Assembly (NCBI GenBank): GCA_050253075.1
Contig: JBFWJS010000001.1
Span: forward strand, 288,001-352,000
DNA from: Deferribacterales bacterium
GTDB lineage: Bacteria > Chrysiogenota > Deferribacteres > Deferribacterales > Geovibrionaceae
Direction of reading: 5' to 3'
Length of the DNA: 64,000 nucleotides
In this document: piece after piece, positions 8,666 to 18,612 of the stretch
Layout of the letters: every line of letters begins with the position of its first letter
Position numbering within the stretch: position 1 is the stretch's first letter
Notes under the pieces: generated by a model
Told to the model about the DNA's origin: nothing
The model's input: only the letters and a program-made list of their open reading frames with translations
Database searches by the model: none
Translations under genes and position numbers: made by a program

Positions 8666-9685
8666 ATGATAATAGTATTTAAGAAAGATACGGATAAAGA
8701 GAACGTTCAGAACGTGCAGAACAAGCTGAACGAGCTCGGTTTTAAAGTGAATACCACAAACGACGAGGAAGGGGTCATCATCCGTGCCATCGGAGATGAG
8801 TCAAAGCTGAGAGACAGACCTCTCTCTTCATTCCCCGGCGTTTCAAAGATAGTCCCCATCAACAAGCCCTATAAGCTGGTGAGCAAAGACTTCCAGAGCG
8901 AAGACACAGTCATCGACATCAAAGGCGTGAAGATAGGCGGAGACAATGTATCCGTGATGGCGGGGCCGTGCTCTGTGGAGGGGCGTGACATGCTCATGCA
9001 CCTTGCCGAGCGTACGAGCAAAGCCGGAGCGAAGATACTGCGTGGCGGAGCTTTCAAACCGAGGACATCGCCGTATGCCTTTCAGGGGCTTGGCGAAGAG
9101 GGCTTGAAGTATCTCCGTGAGGCAGCAGATGCAAACGGCATGATAGTCATCACAGAGCTGATGGACATACGTGACATCGACCTCATCCTTGAATACTCCG
9201 ATATTATACAGATAGGCGCAAGGAACATGATGAATTTCCGTCTGCTGAAAGACCTCGGAGCTGTCAGAAAACCTGTAATGCTCAAGCGTGGTCTGTGCGC
9301 AACGATAAAAGAATTCCTGATGGCTGCCGAATATGTAGCCGCAGGGGGCAACTCTGAGATACTCCTCTGCGAGAGGGGCATACGCACATTTGAAACAGAG
9401 ACAAGGAACACACTCGACCTCTCTGCCATCCCCGTGCTGAAGAGCCTGACCCACCTGCCCGTAGTGGCAGACCCCAGCCACGGCACAGGACGCAGGGACT
9501 GCATACTCCCGATGTCTCAGGCCGCTGTGGCAGCAGGTGCAGACGCCATCATGGTGGAAGTGCACAACTGCCCTGAGGAAGCCATGAGCGACGGCGACCA
9601 GTCTATCCTCCCCGATGATTTCGACATCCTGATGAAGCGTATCGACATCATCGCAAACACCATAGGGAAAAAACTGAATAAATGA
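8666..9685 (+). CDS. aroF: 3-deoxy-7-phosphoheptulonate (DAHP) synthase, type I-beta with N-terminal regulatory domain
   Basis: MAGPCSVE, RGGAFKPRTSPYAFQG, QIGARNM, LCERGIRTFE, DPSHGTG; GAGG SD before ATG 8666. Confidence 0.95.
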   Translation: MIIVFKKDTDKENVQNVQNKLNELGFKVNTTNDEEGVIIRAIGDESKLRDRPLSSFPGVSKIVPINKPYKLVSKDFQSEDTVIDIKGVKIGGDNVSVMAGPCSVEGRDMLMHLAERTSKAGAKILRGGAFKPRTSPYAFQGLGEEGLKYLREAADANGMIVITELMDIRDIDLILEYSDIIQIGARNMMNFRLLKDLGAVRKPVMLKRGLCATIKEFLMAAEYVAAGGNSEILLCERGIRTFETETRNTLDLSAIPVLKSLTHLPVVADPSHGTGRRDCILPMSQAAVAAGADAIMVEVHNCPEEAMSDGDQSILPDDFDILMKRIDIIANTIGKKLNK

Positions 9686-10509
9686 TGTTTAAACATATAG
9701 CATTTGCGGGGCTCGGCGTTATCGGCGGGTCCCTTGCTTTATCCTTTGCCGAGCACGGGATAAAACTGACCGCCTATGACAAAGACGTGCAGACCCTCGC
9801 AGATGCGGTTAAGACCGGGTATTTCGATAATGCCACAGACGACATAGATACACTGCTGTCCCTCGACTTTGACATGCTTTATGTATGTCTCCCCGTGAGA
9901 GCTGCGTGTGAATTCATGGCGGAGCTGGGCAAGAGGAATTTCGAAAGACCCGTCACCGATGCAGGCAGTACCAAGGCAGACCTTGTAAAAGCGGCATCGG
10001 ATGCAGGGCTCATCTATTGCGGAGGCCACCCCATAGCAGGGCGTGAGGTCTCAGGCTTTAAGAATGCCCACGCAGGACTTTTCAGAGGTGCATACCACAT
10101 ACTGACACCCACATGCCCCGACTTCGACATCGAACCCTTTGTGGAGATACACGAAGCCATCGGCATGAAGGTGCACACCATGGACCCCGAAAAGCACGAC
10201 ATGACATTCGGTCTGGTCAGCCACCTCCCCCACATCACGGCTTTTGCCATGGTGCAGACGGTATCGGCGGTGGACATTGATGCTCTGAACTACACGGGTG
10301 CGGGCTTTAAGGACTTTTCCCGTATAGCCGCCAGCGACCCGAGGATGTGGACAGACATCTTCCTCGAAAATGATAAGAATATGATAACTCTCATAGACAG
10401 CTACATAGCTGAAATGCAGAAATGGAAAAAAGCGATAGAAAACTCTGACGAAAAGGCTATGTACGACATGATAGAGCATGCAGCAGAGATCAGGAGAAGG
10501 CTTACATGA
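9682..10509 (+). CDS. tyrA: prephenate/arogenate dehydrogenase
   Basis: GLGVIGGS Rossmann motif, DAGSTK, GGHPIAG, SHLPH, GFKDFSRIAASDP. Confidence 0.93.
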   Translation: MMFKHIAFAGLGVIGGSLALSFAEHGIKLTAYDKDVQTLADAVKTGYFDNATDDIDTLLSLDFDMLYVCLPVRAACEFMAELGKRNFERPVTDAGSTKADLVKAASDAGLIYCGGHPIAGREVSGFKNAHAGLFRGAYHILTPTCPDFDIEPFVEIHEAIGMKVHTMDPEKHDMTFGLVSHLPHITAFAMVQTVSAVDIDALNYTGAGFKDFSRIAASDPRMWTDIFLENDKNMITLIDSYIAEMQKWKKAIENSDEKAMYDMIEHAAEIRRRLT

Positions 10510-11786
10510 AAAAATTCGAAGCAGTTGACAGCATTAAAGGAACAGTAAGAGTTCCGCCTGATAAATCGATCAGCCACAGGTCATTCATGTTCCTCTCCAT
10601 GGCGAAAGGGCGCGGACGTGTCATCGATCCACTCCTCTCTGCAGACACAAAGGCTACAATGGCAGCCATGCGTGCCGTGGGCGTCGAGTTCGAAGAGACA
10701 GTTAACGGATATGTCATAACATCCGAAGGCTATCAGAACTTTAAAGAACCCACAGACGTCATCGACTGTATGAACTCAGGAACAACGGCAAGGCTCCTTA
10801 CGGGTGTCTTCGCCCCTACGAATAAATATTACGTCCTCACAGGGGACGCCTCTCTCCGCAAACGCCCCATGGACAGGGTTATCAACCCTCTAAGCGAAAT
10901 GGGCGCAAAATTTGCAGCGAGAAACGGAAACAGCCTGCTCCCCATGACGATACTCCCGTCCGTCACAAAGCCGGTGGACCTCATCGCCACCACAAAGAGT
11001 GCACAGGTAAAGAGCGCAGTTCTCCTTGCGGGTGTGCAGACAGAGGGAGTGACAACCTATACGGAAAAAGCCGTGACACGTAACCACACAGAGATAATGC
11101 TCTCCGCACTCGGCGCAAAGGTAAGCGTGGACGGGCTTAAGATATCGGTGGAAGGCGCAGCCGACCTCCGCAGTATGGACATCGTCGTACCGGGCGATTT
11201 CTCATCTGCGGCATTTTTCCTCGGCGGGGCGCTGATGTTCGACAACTCTGAGCTGGTGCTGGAGAATGTCGGCCTGAACCCCACAAGGAGCGGTATGCTT
11301 CAGGTGCTGTCAGGCATGGGTGTGAAATATGAGATAGACTCTGAAAGGGGCGACGCCGAAAAGCTCGGTGATATCTGCATAAGCTCACAGTCATTCGGCG
11401 GATGCACCATAGAGGGCGACATAGTGGCGAACATGATAGACGAGCTGCCTATGATGGCGACACTCGGTCTTTTCGCTAATTCGCCTATTACCATTAAAAA
11501 TGCGAAGGAACTCCGTGTTAAGGAGTCCGATAGAATAGAGACCACTCTTTACAACCTCCGCCAACTCGGCGCAGAGGTCGAAGAGTATGAAGACGGCATG
11601 AAGGTCTACCCTATAAAGAGCGTTAACGACAAAGCAGAGCTGAAGTCCTTCGGAGACCACCGTATAGCCATGATAGCCATCATGCTGGCTAAGCGTTTCG
11701 GCGGGAATATCACCGTGGACGATGTAGACTGTGTGGATGTATCCTTCCCTACTTTCATGGAAACATTCAAGGCTCTGGAGCAGTAA
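10506..11786 (+). CDS. aroA: EPSP synthase
   Basis: PPDKSISHR, DCMNSGTTARL, LRKRPM, SAQVKSA, ELRVKESDRI, GDHRIAM. Confidence 0.97.
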   Translation: MKKFEAVDSIKGTVRVPPDKSISHRSFMFLSMAKGRGRVIDPLLSADTKATMAAMRAVGVEFEETVNGYVITSEGYQNFKEPTDVIDCMNSGTTARLLTGVFAPTNKYYVLTGDASLRKRPMDRVINPLSEMGAKFAARNGNSLLPMTILPSVTKPVDLIATTKSAQVKSAVLLAGVQTEGVTTYTEKAVTRNHTEIMLSALGAKVSVDGLKISVEGAADLRSMDIVVPGDFSSAAFFLGGALMFDNSELVLENVGLNPTRSGMLQVLSGMGVKYEIDSERGDAEKLGDICISSQSFGGCTIEGDIVANMIDELPMMATLGLFANSPITIKNAKELRVKESDRIETTLYNLRQLGAEVEEYEDGMKVYPIKSVNDKAELKSFGDHRIAMIAIMLAKRFGGNITVDDVDCVDVSFPTFMETFKALEQ

Positions 11787-11788
11787 TC

Positions 11789-12433
11789 ATGATAATAGCC
11801 GTAGACGGCCCCGCAGGAAGCGGCAAAAGCACCGTAAGCAAAGAGGTTGCTAAGAGACTGGGGATAATATTCCTCGACTCAGGCGCACTCTACAGAGCAT
11901 GCACATACATAAAGCAGAAATATCTGCTGGACACCATGCACCTTATCGAAGCAGTGAAGAGCGCAAAGATGGTCTTCGGTGCAAACGGCGAACTCTTCCT
12001 CACCGTGAACGGCAGCATAGAGGATGTCAGCGGAAAGATCCGCACACCGCAGATAGCCGAAGAGGTCGGCGTAGTCGCAGCACTTCCGGAGATTCGTGAC
12101 GCCGTGACACATCAGCTCCGCCAGATGGCTAAGCAGGCGTCCGTCATCATGGACGGCAGAGACATAGGTACGCACGTATTCCCCGATGCAGAGTATAAAT
12201 TCTTCCTCAAAGCTAGCCCCCTAGAAAGGGCTAAACGCCGCATGAAAGACTATGAGGCGCAGGATATCGATATGAAACTTGAAGATATCGTGAAGGAAAT
12301 AGAGGAAAGAGACCGCAAAGATACCGAACGTGAGCACGCACCACTAAAAAAAGCTGTGGATGCCGTGGAAATAGACACTACCCACTTGACAATAGAAGAA
12401 GTTATATCAATAATAACCTCGAAGGTAAAATAA
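11789..12433 (+). CDS. cmk: (d)CMP kinase
   Basis: IAVDGPAGSGKST, DSGALYR, MDGRDIGT. Confidence 0.97.
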   Translation: MIIAVDGPAGSGKSTVSKEVAKRLGIIFLDSGALYRACTYIKQKYLLDTMHLIEAVKSAKMVFGANGELFLTVNGSIEDVSGKIRTPQIAEEVGVVAALPEIRDAVTHQLRQMAKQASVIMDGRDIGTHVFPDAEYKFFLKASPLERAKRRMKDYEAQDIDMKLEDIVKEIEERDRKDTEREHAPLKKAVDAVEIDTTHLTIEEVISIITSKVK

Positions 12434-12448
12434 TCGTTGCCCATATTG

Positions 12449-12490
12449 CGGGCTGAGATTGCCACATCGGCTTAGCCTCCTCGCAATGAC
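12449..12490. repeat. REP-like palindromic repeat, copy 2 (right arm only)
   Basis: CGGGCTGAGATTGCCACATCGGCTTAGCCTCCTCGCAATGAC; first 15 and last 14 nt identical to the copy at 37582-37621. Confidence 0.8.
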
Positions 12491-12534
12491 TTTCGGGTTT
12501 TCGGTTAGCCCATATTTATATGGCAGGAGCAATA

Positions 12535-13374
12535 GTGGAAATTTTAATCGCCGACCACGCCGGATTCTGTTTCGGAGTGGAAAGAGCAGTGGACCTCGTT
12601 GAGGACACATCAAAAAAATATACCGGAGTCTTTACTCTGGGACCTATCATACATAATCCTCAGATAGTTAGTAAATTTGCTGAGAACGGTGTCGGCGTGT
12701 GTGACAGCCCCGAAGAGGTCGATCAAAGCAACACTGTGGTCGTACGCTCCCACGGCATAACAAAAGAAACCTACGCAAGGCTTGAAGAAAAAGCCGTAAA
12801 TGTCGTAGATGCCACATGCCCCTTCGTAAAAAAAGCTCAGAGCAGTGCTAAAAAACTTGGTGAAAACGGTGCAGTCGTTGTCGTATACGGAGAAAAGGAT
12901 CACCCCGAAGTAAAAAGTATTGTTAGTTTTATAGAATCCAGATATATTATCGTTTCAGACATAAAAGAAGCCGAAGAACTCTTATTTGAAAAGAGCTATG
13001 CTCTTGTGGCGCAGACAACACAGAACTCGGAATCATTTGACAAAATCGCAGAAATACTTAAAACTAAGTGTGACGATCTTATAATAAAGAATACGATCTG
13101 TAACGCCACCAGCCTAAGACAGGCTTCTGCTATTGATTTAGCTAAAAAAGTTGATATCATGATCGTGATAGGCGGTAAAAACAGTGGGAACACTACCCGT
13201 CTCTATGAGATCTGCAAAGAGATATGCGATAAAACGTATCATATAGAAACAAAAGAAGAACTTAATAACAACATATTCGAAGGCAGCCGAAAGGTTGGCA
13301 TCACAGCAGGTGCCAGTACCCCCGGCTTTCTGGTAGAAGAAGTTATAGAATTTTTGAAAGAGGTCAGTAAATGA
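12535..13374 (+). CDS. ispH: 4-hydroxy-3-methylbut-2-enyl diphosphate reductase
   Basis: AGFCFGVERA, IIHN, RSHG, DATCPFV, TICNAT, SGNTTRL, GITAGASTP; GTG start after AGGAG SD (ATG 12520 is the alternative). Confidence 0.96.
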   Translation: MEILIADHAGFCFGVERAVDLVEDTSKKYTGVFTLGPIIHNPQIVSKFAENGVGVCDSPEEVDQSNTVVVRSHGITKETYARLEEKAVNVVDATCPFVKKAQSSAKKLGENGAVVVVYGEKDHPEVKSIVSFIESRYIIVSDIKEAEELLFEKSYALVAQTTQNSESFDKIAEILKTKCDDLIIKNTICNATSLRQASAIDLAKKVDIMIVIGGKNSGNTTRLYEICKEICDKTYHIETKEELNNNIFEGSRKVGITAGASTPGFLVEEVIEFLKEVSK

Positions 13375-15068
13375 GTAGCATTAACAACAACGATGGAGAA
13401 AACATGCAGATGGAAGATTTCGAGGCGATGCTCGAGGAATCGTTCCAGCAGCCTGAGAAAAACTCTGTCGTGCAGGGAACCGTGGCACAGATCAACGAGA
13501 ACGACGTTCTTGTAAACATCGGGTTCAAGACAGAAGGTGTCGTGCCAAGCGCAGAATTCATGAAAGACGGCGAGATAACTGTTAAAGTCGGCGACGAGGT
13601 AGATGTTCTCTTCCTCGGTACAGCGGGCGGCGGCGGATACGTCAAACTCTCCAGAAAAGCTATCGAGAAAGAGGCTGACTGGATAGTAGTGGAGAAAGCG
13701 CTTGAGGAAGAGACACCCCTTCTGGTTAAAATCACTGCCGCTGTGGACAAAGGCTTCACAGGTAAATGCGGTGAGATCGAGTGCTTTATCCCTGAAAACC
13801 ACATAGATTTCAAAAACAGCACAATGGAACCGCACGAATATGTCGGTCAGACATACGAGCTTAAGGTTCTTAAAGCTAACAAAAAACAGAGATCTTTCCT
13901 CGCTTCCAGAAAACTGCAGATGATCCAGGATATGGACAAGCAGAAAAAGGAATTCTTCGGCACTATCGAAGAAGGTCAGACTCTTAAAGGAACTGTTAAA
14001 ACTATCAAGCATTACGGTGCTTTCATGAACTTCGGTTCCGTTGACGGTTTCCTCCGTAAGAATAACATCGCATGGGGCGTTGTGAAACACCCTAACCAAT
14101 ACATAGAAGAAGGCGACGAGCTCGAAGTTAAGATACTCAACATCGACTTCGAAGAAGAGAAGCTCGAAGTAGGCCTTAAGCAGATGCAGGAAGACCCATG
14201 GGAAGCCGCAGCAGGCAAATATCCGGAGGGCGCTTCTGTTTCAGGTACTGTCGTAGCCAGAAAGAACAAAGGCTTCGTAATGGAGATCGAGCAGGGTATC
14301 GACGGATTTATCCCACTCGAGGAGATCTCCTGGCTGAAGAACGCACGCATCGCTATCGAGCCTAAAGACGCTGTCGAAGGTAAAGTTGTGGGCATCGACG
14401 ACGAGAAGAAAAAGCTCATCGTTTCCCTCAAATCTCTTCAGGAAAACCCATGGGTAACACTGAAGACAAAACACCCTGAAGGCTCTGCCGTAAAAGGTAT
14501 TATCAAATCCATCACAGAATTCGGAATCTTCGTTGATTTCGGCGAGTTCCTCGACGGCCTTATCCGTAAAAAGGATATCAGCTGGACAGACGAGCCTGAA
14601 AAACTCGAAGATATGTATAAAGAAGGCGACGAGATCGAAGCAAAAGTTCTTAAGATCGACGCCGAAAAAGAAAGAATCAGCCTTGGCGTTAAACAGCTCG
14701 AGACAAACCCATGGAGAGAGATCGGTAAACTTCTTCCTAACGGAAAAGTAGTCGATGTTAAAGTTCTCTCTGTTACTAAAGAAGGTCTTGAGGTTGAGCT
14801 TCCTAGAGAGCTCATCGGATTTATCCCTGATAACGAGCTCGATGTTGAAAGAATTGACCCTGCAAGCAAATTCGCAGAGGGCGACAGCATCAAAGCCGTA
14901 GTCTTCCGCAACGACGCAAGAGAGAAGAAGATACTCCTCTCTGTCAGAAGATATATGCAGGACTCCGAGAAACGCGAAGTCAAAGAATACCTCAAAAAAC
15001 TTGAGCAGTCTGACGACAGCGGATTTAGCCTCGGCGACATCCTCAAAGGCAAACTTGACGTAGAATAA
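13371..15068 (+). CDS. rpsA: 30S ribosomal protein S1
   Basis: Six S1 repeats (e.g. ITEFGIFVDFG, ERISLGVKQL); follows cmk-ispH. Confidence 0.96.
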   Translation: MSSINNNDGENMQMEDFEAMLEESFQQPEKNSVVQGTVAQINENDVLVNIGFKTEGVVPSAEFMKDGEITVKVGDEVDVLFLGTAGGGGYVKLSRKAIEKEADWIVVEKALEEETPLLVKITAAVDKGFTGKCGEIECFIPENHIDFKNSTMEPHEYVGQTYELKVLKANKKQRSFLASRKLQMIQDMDKQKKEFFGTIEEGQTLKGTVKTIKHYGAFMNFGSVDGFLRKNNIAWGVVKHPNQYIEEGDELEVKILNIDFEEEKLEVGLKQMQEDPWEAAAGKYPEGASVSGTVVARKNKGFVMEIEQGIDGFIPLEEISWLKNARIAIEPKDAVEGKVVGIDDEKKKLIVSLKSLQENPWVTLKTKHPEGSAVKGIIKSITEFGIFVDFGEFLDGLIRKKDISWTDEPEKLEDMYKEGDEIEAKVLKIDAEKERISLGVKQLETNPWREIGKLLPNGKVVDVKVLSVTKEGLEVELPRELIGFIPDNELDVERIDPASKFAEGDSIKAVVFRNDAREKKILLSVRRYMQDSEKREVKEYLKKLEQSDDSGFSLGDILKGKLDVE

Positions 15069-15089
15069 GCTGACCTTGCTTATATATAT

Positions 15090-15115
15090 AAGGGGGGCTT
15101 TCGCCCCCTTTTTTT
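15090..15115 (+). terminator. rho-independent terminator after rpsA
   Basis: GGGGGC-TTTC-GCCCCC hairpin followed by a T7 tract. Confidence 0.85.
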
Positions 15116-15136
15116 AATTAAACTTAAGGATTGTCA

Positions 15137-16102
15137 ATGGATTATATCCTTTTCCTCATCTCTGCGGCGATAGTTGTTACGGCGGGTATAAAGCTGTCTG
15201 AGTACGGCGACGCCCTTGCTGCCGTGACCGGTCTCGGCAGAAGCTTCATCGGTATCACCCTGCTCGCACTTTTCACATCTCTGCCGGAGCTTATCTCCAC
15301 CATAGGGGCCATCACCCTTGTGGATTCGCCCGACCTCGCTTTTGGTAATGTTTACGGGTCTAATATGTTCAACATGTTCACCATTTTCCTGCTGGACGCC
15401 ATGTTCCGCAAGACAGACGTATACAACGGCATCAGCGAATCAAACATTCTGACGGCTCTGTACGCCGCACTCGTTACGGCTTTATCCGTTCTCGGTTTTT
15501 ATATCAAGCTCTATGTCGGTCCGATATCTGTCGTTACGCTGATAATAGTAGTGCTCTTCGTCTATTCATCCTACGTATCCTATAAAGTTCTCGAAAAGGA
15601 TGAGGACGATGACGACGACACTGACATGACTCTCAGAGGGGTTATCATACGCATGGGGGTCGCTGCGCTGGCGATAGTTTTTGCGGGGCTTATGATGAGC
15701 ACCACAGCAGATGCAATAGCCGCACAGACAGGTCTCGGCGACAGCTTCATCGGTTCTTTCCTGCTGGCCGTCGTGACATCCCTCCCCGAAGTATCCGCCT
15801 GCTACGGTGCGATACGTGTGGGCTCTGTGAATATGGCGATGGGTAACCTTTTCGGTTCGAACCTTTTTAATATAGCAATAATACCCGTTGCTGATATAAC
15901 ATATACAAAGGGACCGATATTCGAATTTGTATCCAGAGGACACATGGCTGCGGCTGTATTTGCCACTATTGCCATCCTCATCCCTATCATAGGCATAAGA
16001 GAAAGGAACTTCCGTGTGAAGATTCTCGGTGTTTCCTTTCACTCTTACGCAATTGTAGCGCTTTACGCTGTTTATACCGTTTATCTGTATATGGTGAGAT
16101 AA
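15137..16102 (+). CDS. sodium:calcium (CaCA/YrbG-like) antiporter
   Basis: Two alpha repeats: TSLPEL...GNVYGSNMFN and TSLPEV...GNLFGSNLFN; about 10 TM helices. Confidence 0.9.
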   Translation: MDYILFLISAAIVVTAGIKLSEYGDALAAVTGLGRSFIGITLLALFTSLPELISTIGAITLVDSPDLAFGNVYGSNMFNMFTIFLLDAMFRKTDVYNGISESNILTALYAALVTALSVLGFYIKLYVGPISVVTLIIVVLFVYSSYVSYKVLEKDEDDDDDTDMTLRGVIIRMGVAALAIVFAGLMMSTTADAIAAQTGLGDSFIGSFLLAVVTSLPEVSACYGAIRVGSVNMAMGNLFGSNLFNIAIIPVADITYTKGPIFEFVSRGHMAAAVFATIAILIPIIGIRERNFRVKILGVSFHSYAIVALYAVYTVYLYMVR

Positions 16103-16103
16103 T

Positions 16104-16970
16104 ATGAAGAAATTTCTTAAGCTACTCGCAAAAGCTCTCATTTTCCTCGTTGTCATAGGCATTGTCGTGCGCATCTTCGTCGTGATGTCCGGCGACAGCG
16201 AAGACGTCATTATGTCGAACAGCATCGCAGTCGTCAGGCTGGAAGGTGTGATAATAGACACCCGCAAACTCGACCGTAAGCTGCAGAAGCTGGACGAAAA
16301 CGAAAAAGTGAAAGGGGTCATCATAGAGGTGAACTCGCCCGGCGGTATCATAGCACCCACACAGGTGATATATAACCGCATAATGAAGATGAAGAAGCCT
16401 GTCTATGCCGTTATGGAATCCATAGCAGCATCAGGCGGTTACTATATATCTATCGCCGCTGACAAGGTGTACGCTATGGACAGCACCACCACAGGCAGCA
16501 TCGGCGTCATCATGCAGTATTCAAACATCGAAGAGCTCCTGAATAAGATCGGCATTAAGAGCGTGGTCTTCAAAAGCGGAAAGATGAAAGATGTTCCATC
16601 GAACACCAGAGACCTTTCATACGAAGAGAAGCAGTATGTTCAGTCGAACATCATGGAGTTTTACGATCAGTTCCTGCGTGACGTGCTGAAAAGAAGAAGC
16701 ATCAGCGAAGACAAGCTCCGTGAGCTCGCCGACGGGCGTGTTTTCAGCGGACGTCAGGCTGTGGAGCTAAAACTTGTGGACCGCATAGGCACAAGAGAAG
16801 AAGCCGTGATAGATATGAAAGATGAAATAGGCATTCAGGATCTCGAAGTAAGAGAACTGTACGAAGAAGAAGATACACTTGTCACCAGAATATTCGGCAA
16901 GGTTAAAAACTTTACGGAAGCTGTCGCCCCGAACGGAGGCTATTACTACCTTTATAAGCCCGGCTTATAA
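16104..16970 (+). CDS. sppA: signal peptide peptidase SppA (S49, 36K type)
   Basis: VNSPGG, AASGGYYI, TGSIGVI, ADGRVFSGRQA. Confidence 0.95.
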   Translation: MKKFLKLLAKALIFLVVIGIVVRIFVVMSGDSEDVIMSNSIAVVRLEGVIIDTRKLDRKLQKLDENEKVKGVIIEVNSPGGIIAPTQVIYNRIMKMKKPVYAVMESIAASGGYYISIAADKVYAMDSTTTGSIGVIMQYSNIEELLNKIGIKSVVFKSGKMKDVPSNTRDLSYEEKQYVQSNIMEFYDQFLRDVLKRRSISEDKLRELADGRVFSGRQAVELKLVDRIGTREEAVIDMKDEIGIQDLEVRELYEEEDTLVTRIFGKVKNFTEAVAPNGGYYYLYKPGL

Positions 16971-17747
16971 GGTTTTTCTTCCGATATAGCTTTTCAGGAG
17001 GTCTCTGTCGCCGGTGATGGAGACTGTCTTCAGCTTTGCATTGCCCAGAGGGAACTGAAGCTCGAGGCGCATTATGACACCCGTCTCTTTATCTATATAG
17101 ATGCGCCATAGACCTGTCGGTGTGACCAGACTGGACGTCTTCACAGGAACCTGAAACTCTACGACCTTACAAGGGTAGTCCTCTCCCTCGAATCGGATGT
17201 CTTTCTCGCCTGCTTTTTTATACGTGATGTCTATGTATTTTCCGTCGAAGAAGGTTTTGAGAATGCCCTCTTCTTCCAGATCATAAAGCTGAACGAACAT
17301 GACAACCGCCGCAGGGTCGAGCACGCCTTCCATATCGAACTCTTTCTTGAAGCTCTTATATCTGCTGTCTTTATATCTGAAAGTATTGCCCGAATAGAGC
17401 AGCTTGTCTTTGTAAAAATAGAGATGAGTCATAGACTTACGCTCACTCTTTTCATAAAAGTACATATATACGCTTTTGAAAGGAGAGAGCGAAATGTCTG
17501 CCGCCGTGCGCTGTTCCATATGATGAGCAACATCTATCAGCCCTGTTGTGTGCTGACTGCTCTTCATACGGAGCATATCGTCCTCGACATTATACTCTAT
17601 GCACGACTCACCTATTTTAAACAGCAGTGAAGCCTCATAGCATATCTTAAGCGGCTCCGCATTTGCAGACCCCGCCGTTATAAGCAAAACCAGTACGAGA
17701 AGCTTAATCTTTGAGATTATTCTTTCTTTCCTGATACTCTGCGGCAT
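16965..17747 (-). CDS. exported beta-rich protein, DUF3108-like; start codon uncertain
   Basis: Signal peptide KLLVLVLLITAGSANA-EP, LDPAAV motif, beta-strand-rich C-terminus. Confidence 0.7.
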   Translation of the reverse strand: MPQSIRKERIISKIKLLVLVLLITAGSANAEPLKICYEASLLFKIGESCIEYNVEDDMLRMKSSQHTTGLIDVAHHMEQRTAADISLSPFKSVYMYFYEKSERKSMTHLYFYKDKLLYSGNTFRYKDSRYKSFKKEFDMEGVLDPAAVVMFVQLYDLEEEGILKTFFDGKYIDITYKKAGEKDIRFEGEDYPCKVVEFQVPVKTSSLVTPTGLWRIYIDKETGVIMRLELQFPLGNAKLKTVSITGDRDLLKSYIGRKTL

Positions 17748-17904
17748 CTATCTCACCTTTGGCATACCTTTCGTCCAGTATGTCTCTCGGGGTTTTCCCG
17801 CTATTCTTCTCAGGCTGACCTTTCATAAGCCTGTAGACCACGATAGCTAAAACTATAATTATCAGCAGCCCCTGCAGACCGCCCACCGGAAAATGACCAT
17901 ACAT
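17704..17904 (-). CDS. SHOCT domain membrane protein
   Basis: One TM helix then DILDERYAKGEIDAAEYQERK SHOCT signature; AGGAG SD. Confidence 0.88.
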   Translation of the reverse strand: MYGHFPVGGLQGLLIIIVLAIVVYRLMKGQPEKNSGKTPRDILDERYAKGEIDAAEYQERKNNLKD

Positions 17905-17940
17905 ATTCTAACTCCTACGAACAATATAATACATAAAATG

Positions 17941-17970
17941 AAAAAAGCCGAAGAATTTATCTCCGGCTTT
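17941..17970 (-). terminator. rho-independent terminator after the 135-aa periplasmic protein gene
   Basis: AAAGCCG...CGGCTTT stem with T6 tail on the minus strand. Confidence 0.7.
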
Positions 17971-17993
17971 AATGTCACATCAAAGGGATGTGG

Positions 17994-18401
17994 TTACTTT
18001 ACTGCCTTAGCAGGTATCGGGCCTCTTACTGCACCGAATGGATTCACGTGGAAGATAAAGAGGTTGCCGTTGCTGTCTTTCACGTCGAACTGATACATAG
18101 CGCCTCTTGGGACTTCGATCTTGCTTCCGTCCACGATGCTGAAACCTTTAAAGTTGGCATCGATGTATTCCTGAACCTTAGCTTTTGCGCCTGCATCGTC
18201 AACAGGGTCTGCTGCCTGCTGGTTTCCATAGCAAGGTGCGCCTGCACCGGGGCCGAATCCTCCGCCCATCATGCCGGGGCCGCCGCCGAAACCGTTACCG
18301 TTACATGGTCCGCCCTGTCCTCTGAATCCTCCGCCGGGGTAAGCCACTGCGGATACTGCTGCGATTGCAACTATTGCTATTACTGCTGCTGTCTTTTTCA
18401 T
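17994..18401 (-). CDS. secreted Gly/Met-rich protein with PepSY-like C-terminal domain
   Basis: Sec signal (AVA-YP), GGGFRGQGGPC...GPGMMGGG linker, alpha/beta domain; AGGAGG SD. Confidence 0.85.
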   Translation of the reverse strand: MKKTAAVIAIVAIAAVSAVAYPGGGFRGQGGPCNGNGFGGGPGMMGGGFGPGAGAPCYGNQQAADPVDDAGAKAKVQEYIDANFKGFSIVDGSKIEVPRGAMYQFDVKDSNGNLFIFHVNPFGAVRGPIPAKAVK

Positions 18402-18443
18402 TGAATTGTCCTCCTGTCCTGTTATTCGTTATGCATTACTATA

Positions 18444-18460
18444 TGCATGGGGTGTGCCAA
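18444..18460 (-). promoter_or_regulatory. sigma54 (-24/-12) promoter
   Basis: Minus strand TTGGCACACCCCATGCA: GG and GC separated by exactly 10 nt, about 40 nt before the ATG. Confidence 0.75.
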
Positions 18461-18521
18461 AATGGCACTGCGTCGCAATATTCTTGATTATCTATGGGTT
18501 ATGGTATAACCTCAAAATCTG

Positions 18522-18561
18522 TACTGTAAAATTATTGCAGTAAATAGTGCATTTTTTGCAC
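18522..18561. promoter_or_regulatory. tandem palindromes, candidate enhancer-binding protein (UAS) sites
   Basis: TACTGTAAAATTATTGCAGTA (18522-42) and GTGCATTTTTTGCAC (18547-61), 60-100 bp upstream of the sigma54 site. Confidence 0.6.
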
Positions 18562-18612
18562 ACTTTTTTTGATTTTAATGCGCAGTCTAATATTTGGGGC
18601 TATAATAGTTTT

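Noticed and set aside
13239..15052. Long antisense ORFs over rpsA (similar ones over aroF, tkt, gpmI, hemC)
   Set aside because: Shadow frames of codon-biased genes with no motifs or SD
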